DNA of 51,433 nt. Source: Bacillota bacterium. GTDB lineage: Bacteria > Bacillota > Dethiobacteria > DTU022 > UBA8154. This document shows positions 17,993 to 27,850 of this stretch, in pieces. The translations under genes and the position numbers were made by a program. Below the pieces are notes generated by a model that made no database searches, had not been told where the DNA came from, and saw only the letters and a list, made by a program, of their open reading frames with translations. Numbering within the stretch: position 1 is the stretch's first letter; every line of letters starts with the position of its first letter. Location of the stretch: the NCBI GenBank assembly GCA_029778075.1, contig JAKORA010000071.1:1-51433 (forward strand), in the 5' to 3' direction.

Positions 17993-20630
17993 AAAAGTAT
18001 ATATGTTTAATGAAGGAAATGCAGAGATGAAGATGCTGCTGGGGGGCAAAGGTGCCAATCTGGCGGAGATGACCCGCTTGAACCTCCCTGTACCGCCCGG
18101 TTTTACTGTTACAACGGAAGCCTGCAACGACTATTACCGGGAGGGAGAGGCCCTAACTGAAGAGCTCAAAGCGCAGGTGGCCTCTGCTGTTAACGAACTG
18201 GAAAAACAGACGGGGAAAACACTGGGAGGCACAGACAACCCATTGTTGCTCTCGGTCCGCTCGGGCGCTTACTATTCCATGCCCGGTATGATGGATACGA
18301 TTTTAAACCTGGGGCTGAACGACAGCACGGTGGAGGCCCTCTCCCGGAACACGGGGAACAGGGCTTTTGCCCTGGACTGTTACCGCCGTTTGCTGCAGAT
18401 GTACGGCGATGTGGTCCTTAAAATAGAGCATGACAATTTTGAAAAGGCGCTGACTGAGGTGGCGAACTCTTTTAAAGTCCAGGAAAGCCGGCAGCTGCCT
18501 GTTGAGGGTTGGGAAATGGTAATCGAGCGTTATAAGCAGATCATCGAAAAGGAAAACGGCAAGGTTTTCCCCCAGGATCCCCATGAGCAGCTGCTGCAGT
18601 CCATCAAAGCCGTTTTTGCTTCCTGGAATAACCCCCGGGCCATTGTTTATCGCCGTCTTAACGGCATACCCGATGATCTGGGCACCGCCGTAAATGTCCA
18701 ATCCATGGTTTTTGGCAACCTTGGTGACGACAGCGGCTCCGGTGTAGCTTTTACCAGAAACCCCTCTACCGGAGAAAAGCAGCTTTACGGGGAACTCCTG
18801 TTCAACGCCCAGGGAGAAGATGTGGTTGCCGGTATACGCACTCCTTTGCCCATCACTGCATTACAGGAGAAGCTCCCCGAAGTTTATAAACAGTTCAGTT
18901 CGATCTGCTCTACTTTGGAAAAACACTACCGGGATATGCAGGATATAGAGTTTACGGTGGAAAAAGGCCGGCTTTATATCCTGCAGACACGCAATGGCAA
19001 GAGGACGGCCCAGGCCGCCGTTAAAACAGCTGTGGATATGGTTTCAGAAGGGATTTGTACAAAAGAGGAAGCTCTTTTAAAGGTAGACCCCTCCCAGTTG
19101 GTACAGTTGCTGCACCAGCGCATTGACCTTTCAGCAGATTTAACTCCCCTGGCAGAAGGGCTGCCGGCCTCGCCCGGCGCTGCCTGCGGCCGGGTGGTAT
19201 TTGATGCCAATGTAGCTGAAAAAAAGCACCAGGAAGGGGAAAAGGTAATCCTGGTGCGCTCGGAGACCACACCTGATGATATTCACGGTATTGTCGCTGC
19301 GCAGGGTGTTTTGACGAGCCGGGGCGGGATGACCAGCCATGCAGCTGTTGTAGCCAGGGGTATGGGAAAGCCCTGTGTCAGCGGCTGCGAGGCCATTAAA
19401 ATAGATGCCCAGGCCAACCTCTTCCAGGTGGGCGACCGTGTAATTAAAGAAGGAGAGATTATCTCTATCGACGGTACCACCGGCCGCGTTTATTATGGCG
19501 AGGTTCCGCTTATCGCCCCCAAGCTCAGCCAGGAGTTTGAGTTGCTGCTCTCCTGGGCTGACGAGATCCGCGAACTAGGGGTAAGGGCTAATGCGGATAC
19601 GCCGGGAGATGCCCGGAAAGCAAGAGAATTTGGTGCTGAAGGGATCGGCCTCTGCCGGACTGAACACATGTTTTTAAATCCGGAGCGTCTTCCGCTGGTG
19701 CAGGAGATGATCCTGGCAGAAACGCAGGAAGAGAGAGAGGCCGCCCTGGTTAAGCTTCTTCCCCTGCAGCAGGGAGACTTCGAGCAGATCCTGCGGGAAA
19801 TGGAAGGCCTGCCGGTGACGATCCGCCTGCTGGATCCCCCCCTGCATGAGTTTTTGCCCAATTTGGAAGATCTGCTGGTGGAGGTAACCCGTATCAAAGA
19901 GCGGGGAGAAGAGGGAGAAGAGCTGCAGCAAAAAGAGTCCCTGCTAAAAAAAGTGCGCAGCCTAAAGGAATTAAATCCCATGCTCGGCCACCGGGGCTGC
20001 CGCCTGGGTCTTGTCTACCCGGAGATTTACAGGATGCAAGTCCGGGCTATCTGTCTGGCTGTCGTAGCTTTAAAGAAGGAAGGCCTGGAAATTAGACCCG
20101 AAATCATGATACCCCTGGTGGGGCATCCCAATGAGCTGAAAAGCATGCGGGAAATAGTGGAAGATGAAATTGCCGGTGTGGCGGCAGAGACGGGCATGGA
20201 GATGGACTATGCCGTCGGGACAATGATTGAGCTCCCCAGGGCCTGCGTAGCCGCCGGAGAGATAGCAGAGCATGCCGACTTTTTTTCCTTCGGAACAAAC
20301 GATTTGACCCAGACAACTTTTGGTTTCAGCCGTGATGATGCTGAAGGGAAGTTCCTGCCCTTTTATATCCGGGAGAAAATCCTCCCCGCCAACCCCTTCA
20401 TGGTTCTGGACAGGGATGGGGTAGGAAAGCTGATGTCGCTGGCAGTTGCCGCGGGCAGAGAAACAAAACCCGGTTTAAAAATGGGAATTTGCGGAGAACA
20501 TGGAGGTGAGCCGCAGTCTATTGAATTTTGTCACGGTCTGGGAATTAATTATGTGAGCTGCTCTCCTTTCCGGGTGGCGATCGCCCGCCTGGCAGCAGCA
20601 CAGGCTGTTTTGAAAAAGAAAACTAGATAA
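17967..20630 (+). CDS. ppdK: Pyruvate, phosphate dikinase
   Basis: 887 aa. KKVYMFNEGNAEMKMLLGGKGANLAEM at the N-terminus, phospho-His region GGMTSHAAVVARGMGKPCV, and a C-terminal PEP-utilising domain. AAGGAG lies 10 nt upstream of ATG 17967. Confidence 0.95.
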   Translation: MKRVISSIKKVYMFNEGNAEMKMLLGGKGANLAEMTRLNLPVPPGFTVTTEACNDYYREGEALTEELKAQVASAVNELEKQTGKTLGGTDNPLLLSVRSGAYYSMPGMMDTILNLGLNDSTVEALSRNTGNRAFALDCYRRLLQMYGDVVLKIEHDNFEKALTEVANSFKVQESRQLPVEGWEMVIERYKQIIEKENGKVFPQDPHEQLLQSIKAVFASWNNPRAIVYRRLNGIPDDLGTAVNVQSMVFGNLGDDSGSGVAFTRNPSTGEKQLYGELLFNAQGEDVVAGIRTPLPITALQEKLPEVYKQFSSICSTLEKHYRDMQDIEFTVEKGRLYILQTRNGKRTAQAAVKTAVDMVSEGICTKEEALLKVDPSQLVQLLHQRIDLSADLTPLAEGLPASPGAACGRVVFDANVAEKKHQEGEKVILVRSETTPDDIHGIVAAQGVLTSRGGMTSHAAVVARGMGKPCVSGCEAIKIDAQANLFQVGDRVIKEGEIISIDGTTGRVYYGEVPLIAPKLSQEFELLLSWADEIRELGVRANADTPGDARKAREFGAEGIGLCRTEHMFLNPERLPLVQEMILAETQEEREAALVKLLPLQQGDFEQILREMEGLPVTIRLLDPPLHEFLPNLEDLLVEVTRIKERGEEGEELQQKESLLKKVRSLKELNPMLGHRGCRLGLVYPEIYRMQVRAICLAVVALKKEGLEIRPEIMIPLVGHPNELKSMREIVEDEIAGVAAETGMEMDYAVGTMIELPRACVAAGEIAEHADFFSFGTNDLTQTTFGFSRDDAEGKFLPFYIREKILPANPFMVLDRDGVGKLMSLAVAAGRETKPGLKMGICGEHGGEPQSIEFCHGLGINYVSCSPFRVAIARLAAAQAVLKKKTR

Positions 20631-21819
20631 AAATATTTATAAACGCCTGCCACAGGCCGGCAAAGAAATCGCCGATGGCGCGGAAGAAAAGGGAGAAGGC
20701 CCCGGCCCTGTTTACATCAGCGGCGGCCAGCAGGGGCGCCTCGGCAATCACGTCGCCCTCAAGCAGTAGCTGGGCGCTTCCCAGGGCGTCACCCTTGGCG
20801 ACGGGAGCGGGAATATTCTGCGGGAGAACAAAATTTGTTTGCAGCTCTTCCTGGCGGTCGAAGGGTACGGCTGCTTCCAGGTGTTGCCCCAGTTGTAAAT
20901 CGACCGTGCGCTGTTCCCCTCTGGCAACCTTGAGCGTGGTGAGTGTCTCACCGGCGCTGGCTGCCCTGTGCAGGACATAATTACGAAAAGCATAGTTGAG
21001 CATGTTTTCGGTGTCTTTCAATCTTTCCTCCTTGCTGGAAGCTTTCATAACCACGGTAATAAAGCGCAACCCTTTCTGGCTGGCGGTTCCCACCAGGCAG
21101 TATCCTGCCTCGTTGGTGTGTCCTGTTTTTAACCCGTCTGCTCCGCTGTAGCGCCCCAGCAGGGGGTTGAGATTATATTGCTTTATATCGTCATAAGTAA
21201 ATTCTTTTTGCGAGTGCAGTTTCAGGTACTCTGGAAAATTGCTAATCAGGTAACGGGAAAGGACGGCCATGTCTTCAGCGGTGGTATAATGCTGGGAATC
21301 CGGCAGCCCTGAGGAATTTTGGAAAAGGGTATTTTTAAGCCCGAGTTCAGCAGCTTTTTTATTCATCTCCTGAACAAAAAGGGCTTCCGAGCCGTAGAGA
21401 TACTCACTGACGGCCACGCAGGCATCGTTGGCCGAGACAACAGCAATTCCTGTCACCAGTTCGCCAAAGGGCACCTGTTGGCCGACTTCCAGAAACATCT
21501 GTGAGCCTCCTGTTTCCCAGGCTTTCTGGCTGATGGGGACTTTATCTTCCCAGGCGACTCTTCCTTTTTGCAGCGCCTCATAGGCCAGGGCAAGGGTCAT
21601 AATTTTCGTCAGGCTTGCCGGATGCAGGATTTCGCTGCCGTTTTTCGAGTAGATAATCTCTCCCCGTGAAAACTCCATCAATACGGCAGCCTGTGAGCTA
21701 ATATCAGGAATCAATACCTCCTGGGCCCGGGTTGTACCGGTAAAAGCTGCAAAGGAGCTGGAGATTAAAAGGAGCAGCATGGTAAGTATAATCCTTTTTC
21801 TTATCCTGGAACATATCAT
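20623..21819 (-). CDS. D-alanyl-D-alanine carboxypeptidase (PBP5/DacB/DacF family)
   Basis: Signal peptide and the motifs SLTKIMT (SxxK), SANDA (SxN) and KTGHT (KTG). Its 3' end overlaps the ppdK stop by 8 bp, tail to tail. Confidence 0.85.
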   Translation of the reverse strand: MICSRIRKRIILTMLLLLISSSFAAFTGTTRAQEVLIPDISSQAAVLMEFSRGEIIYSKNGSEILHPASLTKIMTLALAYEALQKGRVAWEDKVPISQKAWETGGSQMFLEVGQQVPFGELVTGIAVVSANDACVAVSEYLYGSEALFVQEMNKKAAELGLKNTLFQNSSGLPDSQHYTTAEDMAVLSRYLISNFPEYLKLHSQKEFTYDDIKQYNLNPLLGRYSGADGLKTGHTNEAGYCLVGTASQKGLRFITVVMKASSKEERLKDTENMLNYAFRNYVLHRAASAGETLTTLKVARGEQRTVDLQLGQHLEAAVPFDRQEELQTNFVLPQNIPAPVAKGDALGSAQLLLEGDVIAEAPLLAAADVNRAGAFSLFFRAIGDFFAGLWQAFINIFI

Positions 21820-22054
21820 GGAACAGTCCTCCTTTATCGTAAATGACGTCTTTTTTTCCGGACACTTTTATATTTTCTCATAAACGACGGGGCTAATTCA
21901 AGGGAAAATTAAGGTAGTGGGGTTCTTAATTTCGAGTTCTGCGTAAATTTGTGCCAGCTTTTTGGGTTAATTGCCATAGTTCCAATGTTAGCGAAGTTTA
22001 AAAAGAGATCATCAAAATCCAACGGACGGTTTGTCCGCAATAGGAGGTAAAAGA

Positions 22055-22669
22055 ATGCTGATCATTGGATTAAACGGCAGTCCCCACCGGCAGGGGAATA
22101 CGGCCTTCCTTCTGGAGACGGCTTTAAAGTCTGCCGCGGAAATGGGAGCGGAAACGGAGAGTATTTTTGTACAGGAGATTATGGAGAAAAACAAAAGGCC
22201 GTTTTGTCTGGCCTGCGAGACACCCTGCCGGGGTGTGTGCTATGAGGGGACGGAGATGGAAAAGGTTCTGGACAGGATAGCTCAGGCCGACGGACTGCTA
22301 ATCGCCAGCCCGGTATATTTCGGGACCGTATCCGCCCAGCTTAAAAGCTTCTGGGACAAAACACGCCGTCTGAGACGCGACAGGAAACTTTTAAATACGG
22401 TGGGAGGAGCATTGACATCGGGCGGGGCGCGTTTTGGAGGACAGGAGACGACTCTGCGCACTATTCATACCATGATGCTTATACAGGGCATGATTGTGAT
22501 CGGTGACAGCCATGAAAAAAGCCCGGGCCACCACGGGGTCAATGCCGCCCAGCCTGCTGAGGATGATGCCAATGCCCTGAAAAGGGCGTCTTTAATGGGC
22601 AAAAGGATGGTCCAGGTCTGCGAGGCAACTGCTTCTTTGAGAAAAAAACGCCAGGAGGGTCATAAGTAA
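22055..22669 (+). CDS. NADPH-dependent FMN reductase family / iron-sulfur flavoprotein-like
   Basis: MLIIGLNGSPHRQGNTAFLLE flavodoxin-like N-terminus and a compact Cys cluster CLACETPCRGVC. ATG 22055 follows TAGGAGGT. Confidence 0.7.
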   Translation: MLIIGLNGSPHRQGNTAFLLETALKSAAEMGAETESIFVQEIMEKNKRPFCLACETPCRGVCYEGTEMEKVLDRIAQADGLLIASPVYFGTVSAQLKSFWDKTRRLRRDRKLLNTVGGALTSGGARFGGQETTLRTIHTMMLIQGMIVIGDSHEKSPGHHGVNAAQPAEDDANALKRASLMGKRMVQVCEATASLRKKRQEGHK

Positions 22670-22670
22670 A

Positions 22671-23669
22671 TTGTTTTTTCGCAAAGAACAGGAAGAGTTG
22701 GAGGAGACGCTGCTCTCGCCCTACGCTACGCGGAGCAAAAACAGCCGCGGCAGGGAGCGCTTTGAGGAGCCCTGCGATGTCAGGACCGCCTTTCAGCGGG
22801 ACCGGGACCGTATCGTCCATTCCAAATCATTCCGGCGCCTTAAACATAAAACCCAGGTATTTATTGCCCCGGAAGGAGATCACTACCGTACGCGCCTGAC
22901 CCATACAATCGAGGTTTCCCAGGTGGCGCGCACAGCAGCCAGGGCCTTGCGCTTAAACGAAGACCTTACCGAAGCTATCGCCCTGGGGCACGACCTGGGA
23001 CACACGCCCTTCGGCCATGCCGGCGAGGAAACCCTGAATGAGCTTTTACCCGATGGTTTTAAACACAATGAGCAGAGCCTGAGGGTGGTTGACTACCTGG
23101 AGGGGAACGGGGGGCTTAACCTGACCTGGGAAGTGCGGGACGGCATCCTTCACCATACCGGGCCGGGGATTCCCGCCACCCCGGAAGGACAACTGGTTAG
23201 AATCTGTGACCGTATGGCCTATATCAACCACGATATCGATGATGCCCTGAGGGGCGGAATTATCCGCCCCGAGCAGTTGCCGCCGGAAGAGACGGCTTAC
23301 CTGGGAGCCACCGGCTCGGAACGCTTAAATACAATGATCCGGGATCTCATCAACAACAGCTGGGGCAAGCAGCAGATTGCGGTCAGTAAAGAGCTGGCTG
23401 AGGTGATGGAGAACCTGCGAAAATTCCTGTATGATAATGTATATATCGGCTCGACTGCCAAGCTGGAGGAGCGGAAAACCAAAATTATTATTAAAATGCT
23501 CTACAACTACTGGACGGAAAAGCCGCAGGAACTGCCGCCTGAAGTCCGGGTGCAATCGCTTAAGTACGGCCTGGAGCGCTCCATCTGCGACTATATTGCC
23601 GGAATGACGGATCAGTATATCATAACGGTTTTTCAGGACCTCTTTGTCCCCCAGCCCTGGAAAAGTTAG
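22671..23669 (+). CDS. dGTP triphosphohydrolase-like HD-domain protein
   Basis: FQRDRDRIVHSKSFRRLKHKTQVF, HDLGHTPFGHAGE and DRMAYINHDIDD motifs. Confidence 0.85.
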   Translation: MFFRKEQEELEETLLSPYATRSKNSRGRERFEEPCDVRTAFQRDRDRIVHSKSFRRLKHKTQVFIAPEGDHYRTRLTHTIEVSQVARTAARALRLNEDLTEAIALGHDLGHTPFGHAGEETLNELLPDGFKHNEQSLRVVDYLEGNGGLNLTWEVRDGILHHTGPGIPATPEGQLVRICDRMAYINHDIDDALRGGIIRPEQLPPEETAYLGATGSERLNTMIRDLINNSWGKQQIAVSKELAEVMENLRKFLYDNVYIGSTAKLEERKTKIIIKMLYNYWTEKPQELPPEVRVQSLKYGLERSICDYIAGMTDQYIITVFQDLFVPQPWKS

Positions 23670-23966
23670 GATAAACCGGCCTGAAAAAGAATATAAAATA
23701 ATAATTGGTATATAATAATACTATTATGGATTCTAGCCGGTAGTGTTAAATATTTTTTGCTAAATAGCAGGAATAATTTCAAGGGCTAGCGAATATAATG
23801 ATTAAGTTTATAGTTTTAAAATAAGTTTATAGTCTTAATAACCCTGGACTGCTGGTCATAATTGCATAACCTTGGCTCCTCGTGAGGAGAAGAGAAGGGG
23901 GTTTTTGTGGCGAGGGAATGTCGAATAAACTGTTCAAGTAAAAAAATATTATGAACTTGGACGTAT

Positions 23967-23996
23967 ACCTCGTCTCTTTCCGGGATGAGGTTTTTT
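23967..23996 (+). terminator. Terminator-like hairpin plus U-tract 33 nt upstream of the dnaG start
   Basis: ACCTCGTC (23967-23974) pairs with GATGAGGT (23984-23991, one G-U pair) around a 9-nt loop. A T6 run ends at 23996. Confidence 0.4.
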
Positions 23997-24028
23997 GATA
24001 ATCCTGACGGGATCCGGAGGTCAACAGG

Positions 24029-25855
24029 ATGGCATATATTTCTGATGAGGTCATTGAAGAAATCCGCAGGCATTTCGATCTTGTAGAAGTAGTATCCTTT
24101 TATATTGACCTCAAAAAGGTGGGCAAAAATTTTGTAGGCTTCTGCCCCTTCCATTCTGAAAAAACGCCATCTTTTACCGTGTCCCCGGAGAAGCAGATTT
24201 TTCACTGTTTTGGCTGCCAGACCGGAGGTAACCTTTTCAGCTTTATAATGCAGATGGAGGACTGCAGTTTTCCTGATGCCGTGCGACTGTTGGCACAGAG
24301 AGCGGGGATAACTGTCGAGCCTCCGCCTTCCACCCCCGCTGAAAAGTTGAAGGTACAGGCAAGGGAAAGCCTGCAGGAGATGTACTCTCTGGCGCAAAAA
24401 TACTATCAAGCCCTCTTATGGCGTAGTCCACAGGGCAAAGAGGTGCTGACTTACCTGCAAAGACGGGGCTTAAACAAACAGTCTATCCTGGAGTTTCAAC
24501 TGGGTTATGCAGGTAACAATTGGCAAGGTTTGACAGGCGAGCTTAGAAAAAGAGGTTATGACTTGCAGATTGCTTTAACAGGGGGGCTGCTGGGGAAAAG
24601 TTCGACGGGCAGGTATTATGATTACTTTCGCGAACGCCTGATCTTTCCCATCTGGGATAGCCGCGGTCGTGTAGTCGCTTTCGGTGGCCGTATTTTGGGC
24701 CCTGGGGAGCCTAAGTATCTTAATTCCCCGGAATCGCCGCTGTTTAACAAAAGCCGGACTCTTTACGGCTTTCACCTGGCACTACCGCACATCCGCAGGG
24801 AGAAAAAAGCACTGCTAGTGGAGGGATACATGGATGTAATCCTCCTTCATCAGCACGGGATTAGAGAAGCTGTAGCGCCCTTAGGGACTGCACTTACGGA
24901 AAAACAGTTATCCCTTCTTAGGGGACGCTTGGATAAGATACTCCTGGTTTTTGACGCCGACGAGGGAGGAGAAACGGCTGTGCTGCGAGGGTTGGAGCTT
25001 TTTAAAAACGAAGGATGCCGGGTTGAAGTAGCTCAACTCCCCCCGGGTCTGGACCCGGCTGATTACATAAAAGAGCGCGGCGGAGAGGTGTTTCGCAGCG
25101 AAATTATGGGAAGCGCCAGATCGCTTACGGATTACCGCCTTCACGCCATTAAAAAGGGATTCGACCTGGCCGGGGAAGAGGGGCGTATCGGCTACTGGAA
25201 AGAAGCACGCCGGGTTCTGCTGGAAATCCAGGAAGCGCTGGAACGTGAGGAGTACCTTAAAAAAATAGCAGGAGAAATAGACGTTGCTCTAGAGGTATTA
25301 CGGGGGGATTTGGAGAATATCAAAAAGGGCTCTTTCCCCGAGGAAAGAGCAAAAGGGAAAAAAGTGCAAGCACAGGAAGAACGGAAAAAGTTTTCACTAA
25401 AAGAGTTGGTGGAAAGAGAGCTTTTGTCCTGTGTGCTGCACAATCCCCGCTATCTGGATCAGCTTAAAAAGCTGGAAATCAATGCCGAAAAATTCACAGA
25501 GGAGCCATACCGGGAAATTGCCGCTACTGTTTTTCAACTGGAGCAGCAGGGTAAAGAAATTAGCGCGGCAGCATTAGCCAGTTACTTTTCTGACCCGGAA
25601 ATGCATAAATTGATAGTAAGTATGGCTCTTCCGGATAACGATAAAGAAGACCCCAGAGTGGAAAAAATATTCAGGGACTGCTCTAAGAAGATCAGAGCCC
25701 TGTGCTGGGCTGAGGAAAGAAAGAGGTTGATTAAGTCCTTGCAAAATACAGTCAGCAGAGAAGAACTGAGTGCCAAGCTGCAGCGTATCCGTGATTTAAA
25801 GAAGTGGGAAGAGGAGCTCTATCGCTCCGGAGAAGGAGAGGATTTTGATGTCTAA
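24029..25855 (+). CDS. dnaG: DNA primase
   Basis: Zinc ribbon [25 protein letters not shown], a TOPRIM domain (LVEGYMDVI...VFDADEGG) and a C-terminal helicase-binding domain. Confidence 0.95.
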   Translation: MAYISDEVIEEIRRHFDLVEVVSFYIDLKKVGKNFVGFCPFHSEKTPSFTVSPEKQIFHCFGCQTGGNLFSFIMQMEDCSFPDAVRLLAQRAGITVEPPPSTPAEKLKVQARESLQEMYSLAQKYYQALLWRSPQGKEVLTYLQRRGLNKQSILEFQLGYAGNNWQGLTGELRKRGYDLQIALTGGLLGKSSTGRYYDYFRERLIFPIWDSRGRVVAFGGRILGPGEPKYLNSPESPLFNKSRTLYGFHLALPHIRREKKALLVEGYMDVILLHQHGIREAVAPLGTALTEKQLSLLRGRLDKILLVFDADEGGETAVLRGLELFKNEGCRVEVAQLPPGLDPADYIKERGGEVFRSEIMGSARSLTDYRLHAIKKGFDLAGEEGRIGYWKEARRVLLEIQEALEREEYLKKIAGEIDVALEVLRGDLENIKKGSFPEERAKGKKVQAQEERKKFSLKELVERELLSCVLHNPRYLDQLKKLEINAEKFTEEPYREIAATVFQLEQQGKEISAAALASYFSDPEMHKLIVSMALPDNDKEDPRVEKIFRDCSKKIRALCWAEERKRLIKSLQNTVSREELSAKLQRIRDLKKWEEELYRSGEGEDFDV

Positions 25856-26978
25856 AGAAGTGGAGAAAAAAGTATCTCTTCAGGAAATCCAGCATTCCTT
25901 GTTTGAAAAAGGTAAGAAAAAAGGCAACCTTACCTTTAAGGAAATTATTGATGCGCTGCAGGATTTTAACCTCATTACAGAGGCGATAGATGATTTTTAT
26001 GAGGAACTTTCGCGCCGGGGCATTGAGGTTGTTGACGAATTGTCGGATGTTCCTGATGTGACTGGTGTAGAAGATGTGCCTGATATGGACATCATAGAAG
26101 GGGACACCTTAAAAAACGAGGAGCTGGAAGCACTCGTTCCTGAAGGTGTAAGTATAAATGACCCGGTTCGCATGTACCTGAAAGAGATAGGAAAAATCCC
26201 TCTCCTGAGCCCGGAAGAAGAGATTGAACTGGCACAGAGAATGGAGGATGGCGATGAAGATGCCAAACGGCGCCTGGCAGAAGCCAATCTGCGCCTGGTG
26301 GTCAGCATTGCCAAAAAATACGTAGGCAGAGGCATGCTTTTCCTCGACCTGATCCAGGAGGGCAACCTTGGTCTCATCAAGGCCGTGGAAAAATTTGATT
26401 ACCGCAAAGGCTACAAGTTTAGCACATACGCCACCTGGTGGATAAGGCAGGCCATTACCAGGGCGATTGCCGATCAGGCCCGTACGATCCGCATTCCCGT
26501 GCATATGGTGGAAACGATAAATAAGCTGATCAGGGTCTCCCGGCAGCTTGTCCAGGAACTGGGAAGAGAGCCAACCCCGGAAGAAATCGCCCATGAAATG
26601 GATATCAGCGTGGAAAGAGTGAGAGAGATACTTAAAATAGCACAGGAGCCCGTTTCTCTGGAGACACCCATTGGCGAGGAAGACGACAGCCACCTGGGAG
26701 ATTTCATCGAAGACCAGGAGGTTCAGGCTCCTGCCGATGCCGCCGCCTTCGAGCTGTTAAGGGAACAACTGGAGGACGTTCTGGATACCCTTACCCCCCG
26801 GGAGCAGAGAGTGCTGCGCCTGCGTTTTGGCCTCGACGATGGACGCACCAGGACACTGGAGGAAGTGGGCCAGGTTTTTGGCGTAACCAGGGAGCGTATC
26901 AGGCAAATCGAGGCCAAGGCTCTTCGCAAGCTGAGACATCCCATGCGCAGCAAGCGCCTTAAGGATTATCTGGAATAA
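25848..26978 (+). CDS. sigA: Primary RNA polymerase sigma factor (sigma-70/SigA)
   Basis: Regions 1.1 to 4.2 are present, including [44 protein letters not shown] 25848 lies 9 nt after GGAG and overlaps the dnaG stop. Confidence 0.95.
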   Translation: MSKEVEKKVSLQEIQHSLFEKGKKKGNLTFKEIIDALQDFNLITEAIDDFYEELSRRGIEVVDELSDVPDVTGVEDVPDMDIIEGDTLKNEELEALVPEGVSINDPVRMYLKEIGKIPLLSPEEEIELAQRMEDGDEDAKRRLAEANLRLVVSIAKKYVGRGMLFLDLIQEGNLGLIKAVEKFDYRKGYKFSTYATWWIRQAITRAIADQARTIRIPVHMVETINKLIRVSRQLVQELGREPTPEEIAHEMDISVERVREILKIAQEPVSLETPIGEEDDSHLGDFIEDQEVQAPADAAAFELLREQLEDVLDTLTPREQRVLRLRFGLDDGRTRTLEEVGQVFGVTRERIRQIEAKALRKLRHPMRSKRLKDYLE

Positions 26979-27088
26979 TCGGCGCCATTTACGGTGTATA
27001 TAAAAATAAAAAAGCCCTTCAGGGCTCCTTTAGAAAGATCGGCCAGACAGTGAACAGCTAAAAATAAAAAAATACAGTCTCTAAAGTC

Positions 27089-27117
27089 TTGACTGTAAAT
27101 ATGATATCCGTTATAAT
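27089..27117 (+). promoter_or_regulatory. Sigma-A-type promoter of the tRNA operon
   Basis: TTGACT (27089-27094), a 17-nt spacer, then TATAAT (27112-27117), about 22 nt before the first tRNA. Confidence 0.65.
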
Positions 27118-27139
27118 TAGTATTGCCCGTGTGGGACGT

Positions 27140-27214
27140 TCCTCAGTAGCTCAACGGTAGAGCAACCGGCTGTTAACCGGTAGGTTGCAGGTTCGAATCC
27201 TGCCTGGGGAGCCA
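27140..27214 (+). tRNA. tRNA-Asn (anticodon GUU), CCA encoded
   Basis: Acceptor TCCTCAG / CTGGGGA, anticodon arm ACCGG-CTGTTAA-CCGGT, T-loop GGTTCGAATCC, 3' GCCA. Confidence 0.9.
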
Positions 27215-27222
27215 TTTTATCT

Positions 27223-27298
27223 GGGCCCATAGCTCAATTGGCAGAGCTACCGGCTCATAACCGGTTGGTTCTAGGTTCGAGTCCTAGTGGGCCCACCA
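27223..27298 (+). tRNA. tRNA with CAU anticodon (elongator Met type; an Ile2-lysidine identity cannot be excluded), CCA encoded
   Basis: Acceptor GGGCCCA / TGGGCCC, anticodon arm ACCGG-CTCATAA-CCGGT, T-loop GGTTCGAGTCC. G1-C72 argues against an initiator tRNA. Confidence 0.85.
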
Positions 27299-27313
27299 TT
27301 TATGTCTTTTTTC

Positions 27314-27389
27314 GGCCCCTTCGTCTAATCGGTGAGGACACCAGCCTTTCAAGCTGGCAACAGGGGTTCAAATCCCCTAGGGGTCACCA
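27314..27389 (+). tRNA. tRNA-Glu (anticodon UUC), CCA encoded
   Basis: Acceptor GGCCCCT / AGGGGTC, anticodon arm CCAGC-CTTTCAA-GCTGG, T-loop GGTTCAAATCC. Confidence 0.9.
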
Positions 27390-27390
27390 G

Positions 27391-27465
27391 GGGCGAATAG
27401 CTCAGTGGGAGAGCACCTGCCTTACAAGCAGGGGGTCCGGCGTTCAAATCGCCGTTCGCCCACCA
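27391..27465 (+). tRNA. tRNA-Val (anticodon UAC), CCA encoded
   Basis: Acceptor GGGCGAA / TTCGCCC, anticodon arm CCTGC-CTTACAA-GCAGG, T-loop CGTTCAAATCG. It starts 1 nt after tRNA-Glu. Confidence 0.9.
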
Positions 27466-27480
27466 CGATAAAACATAAAA

Positions 27481-27506
27481 CCGAGATCCGTGAGATCTCG
27501 GTTTTT
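27481..27506 (+). terminator. Rho-independent terminator of the tRNA operon
   Basis: CCGAGATC (27481-27488) pairs perfectly with GATCTCGG (27494-27501) around the loop CGTGA. T5 follows and AAAA precedes. Confidence 0.75.
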
Positions 27507-27850
27507 CTATATACCCCTAAAGTCCCCACACAGTTCCTATTAAAGCAGATCATCCGTGTAAGTTCTACCGGTTTTCTTTTGTATTGAATCTTGCCGGCTC
27601 AAACTGGTTTTAGCTTGTTAGGAGTCTGGCGAGATTCTTTTTTTAACGGCTCTTATTTCCCGGGCAAGCGCAAGATTCGAGCAAAACAACCAATAATTTC
27701 AAAGGCCACTTGCACTCGCAATGTACATTTATTGCAGCATGGCGATAACCTTTGAGTTATCGTATTATAAAGAAACTGGGGATTGAAATTATAAGAACAA
27801 AATTTATAATTGAAGTGTAATTACAAATTCTTTAAACTTGGAGGATTGTC

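Noticed and set aside
19493-19981. 162-aa Ser/Arg-rich - strand ORF inside ppdK, and similar antisense ORFs in glyS, cas10d (40185-40688), phoH, the 7TM-HD gene and others
   Set aside because: These are typical shadow ORFs antisense to strongly supported, conserved genes. Their composition is Ser/Arg/Pro-biased.
20623-20630. 8-bp tail-to-tail overlap of ppdK and the carboxypeptidase gene as a regulatory feature
   Set aside because: Short convergent overlaps are common. No hairpin or other structure is present to suggest function.
23907-23998. Two 15-codon mini-ORFs (GTG 23907 and ATG 23951) upstream of dnaG as leader peptides
   Set aside because: The second has no Shine-Dalgarno. The first has one, but there is no regulatory-codon pattern. 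They are too short to support without conservation data.
23816-24409. 197-aa - strand ORF overlapping the dnaG 5' region
   Set aside because: It overlaps the highly conserved primase zinc-ribbon coding region on the opposite strand, with no motif and no Shine-Dalgarno.
27013-27026. Hairpin AGCCCT/AGGGCT after sigA as a terminator
   Set aside because: The stem is only 5-6 bp with a minimal loop and lacks a proper U-tract. It is too weak to annotate.
27238-27471. 77-aa + strand ORF spanning the tRNA genes (also 27405-27587)
   Set aside because: It lies entirely within well-folded tRNA-Met/Glu/Val sequences and the terminator, with no Shine-Dalgarno.
27743-27762. Inverted repeat CGATAAC-N6-GTTATCG about 90 bp upstream of the UbiD gene as a LysR box
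   Set aside because: The spacing does not fit the T-N11-A LysR pattern, and the LysR gene is 6 kb away facing another target. It is plausible as some operator but unsupported.
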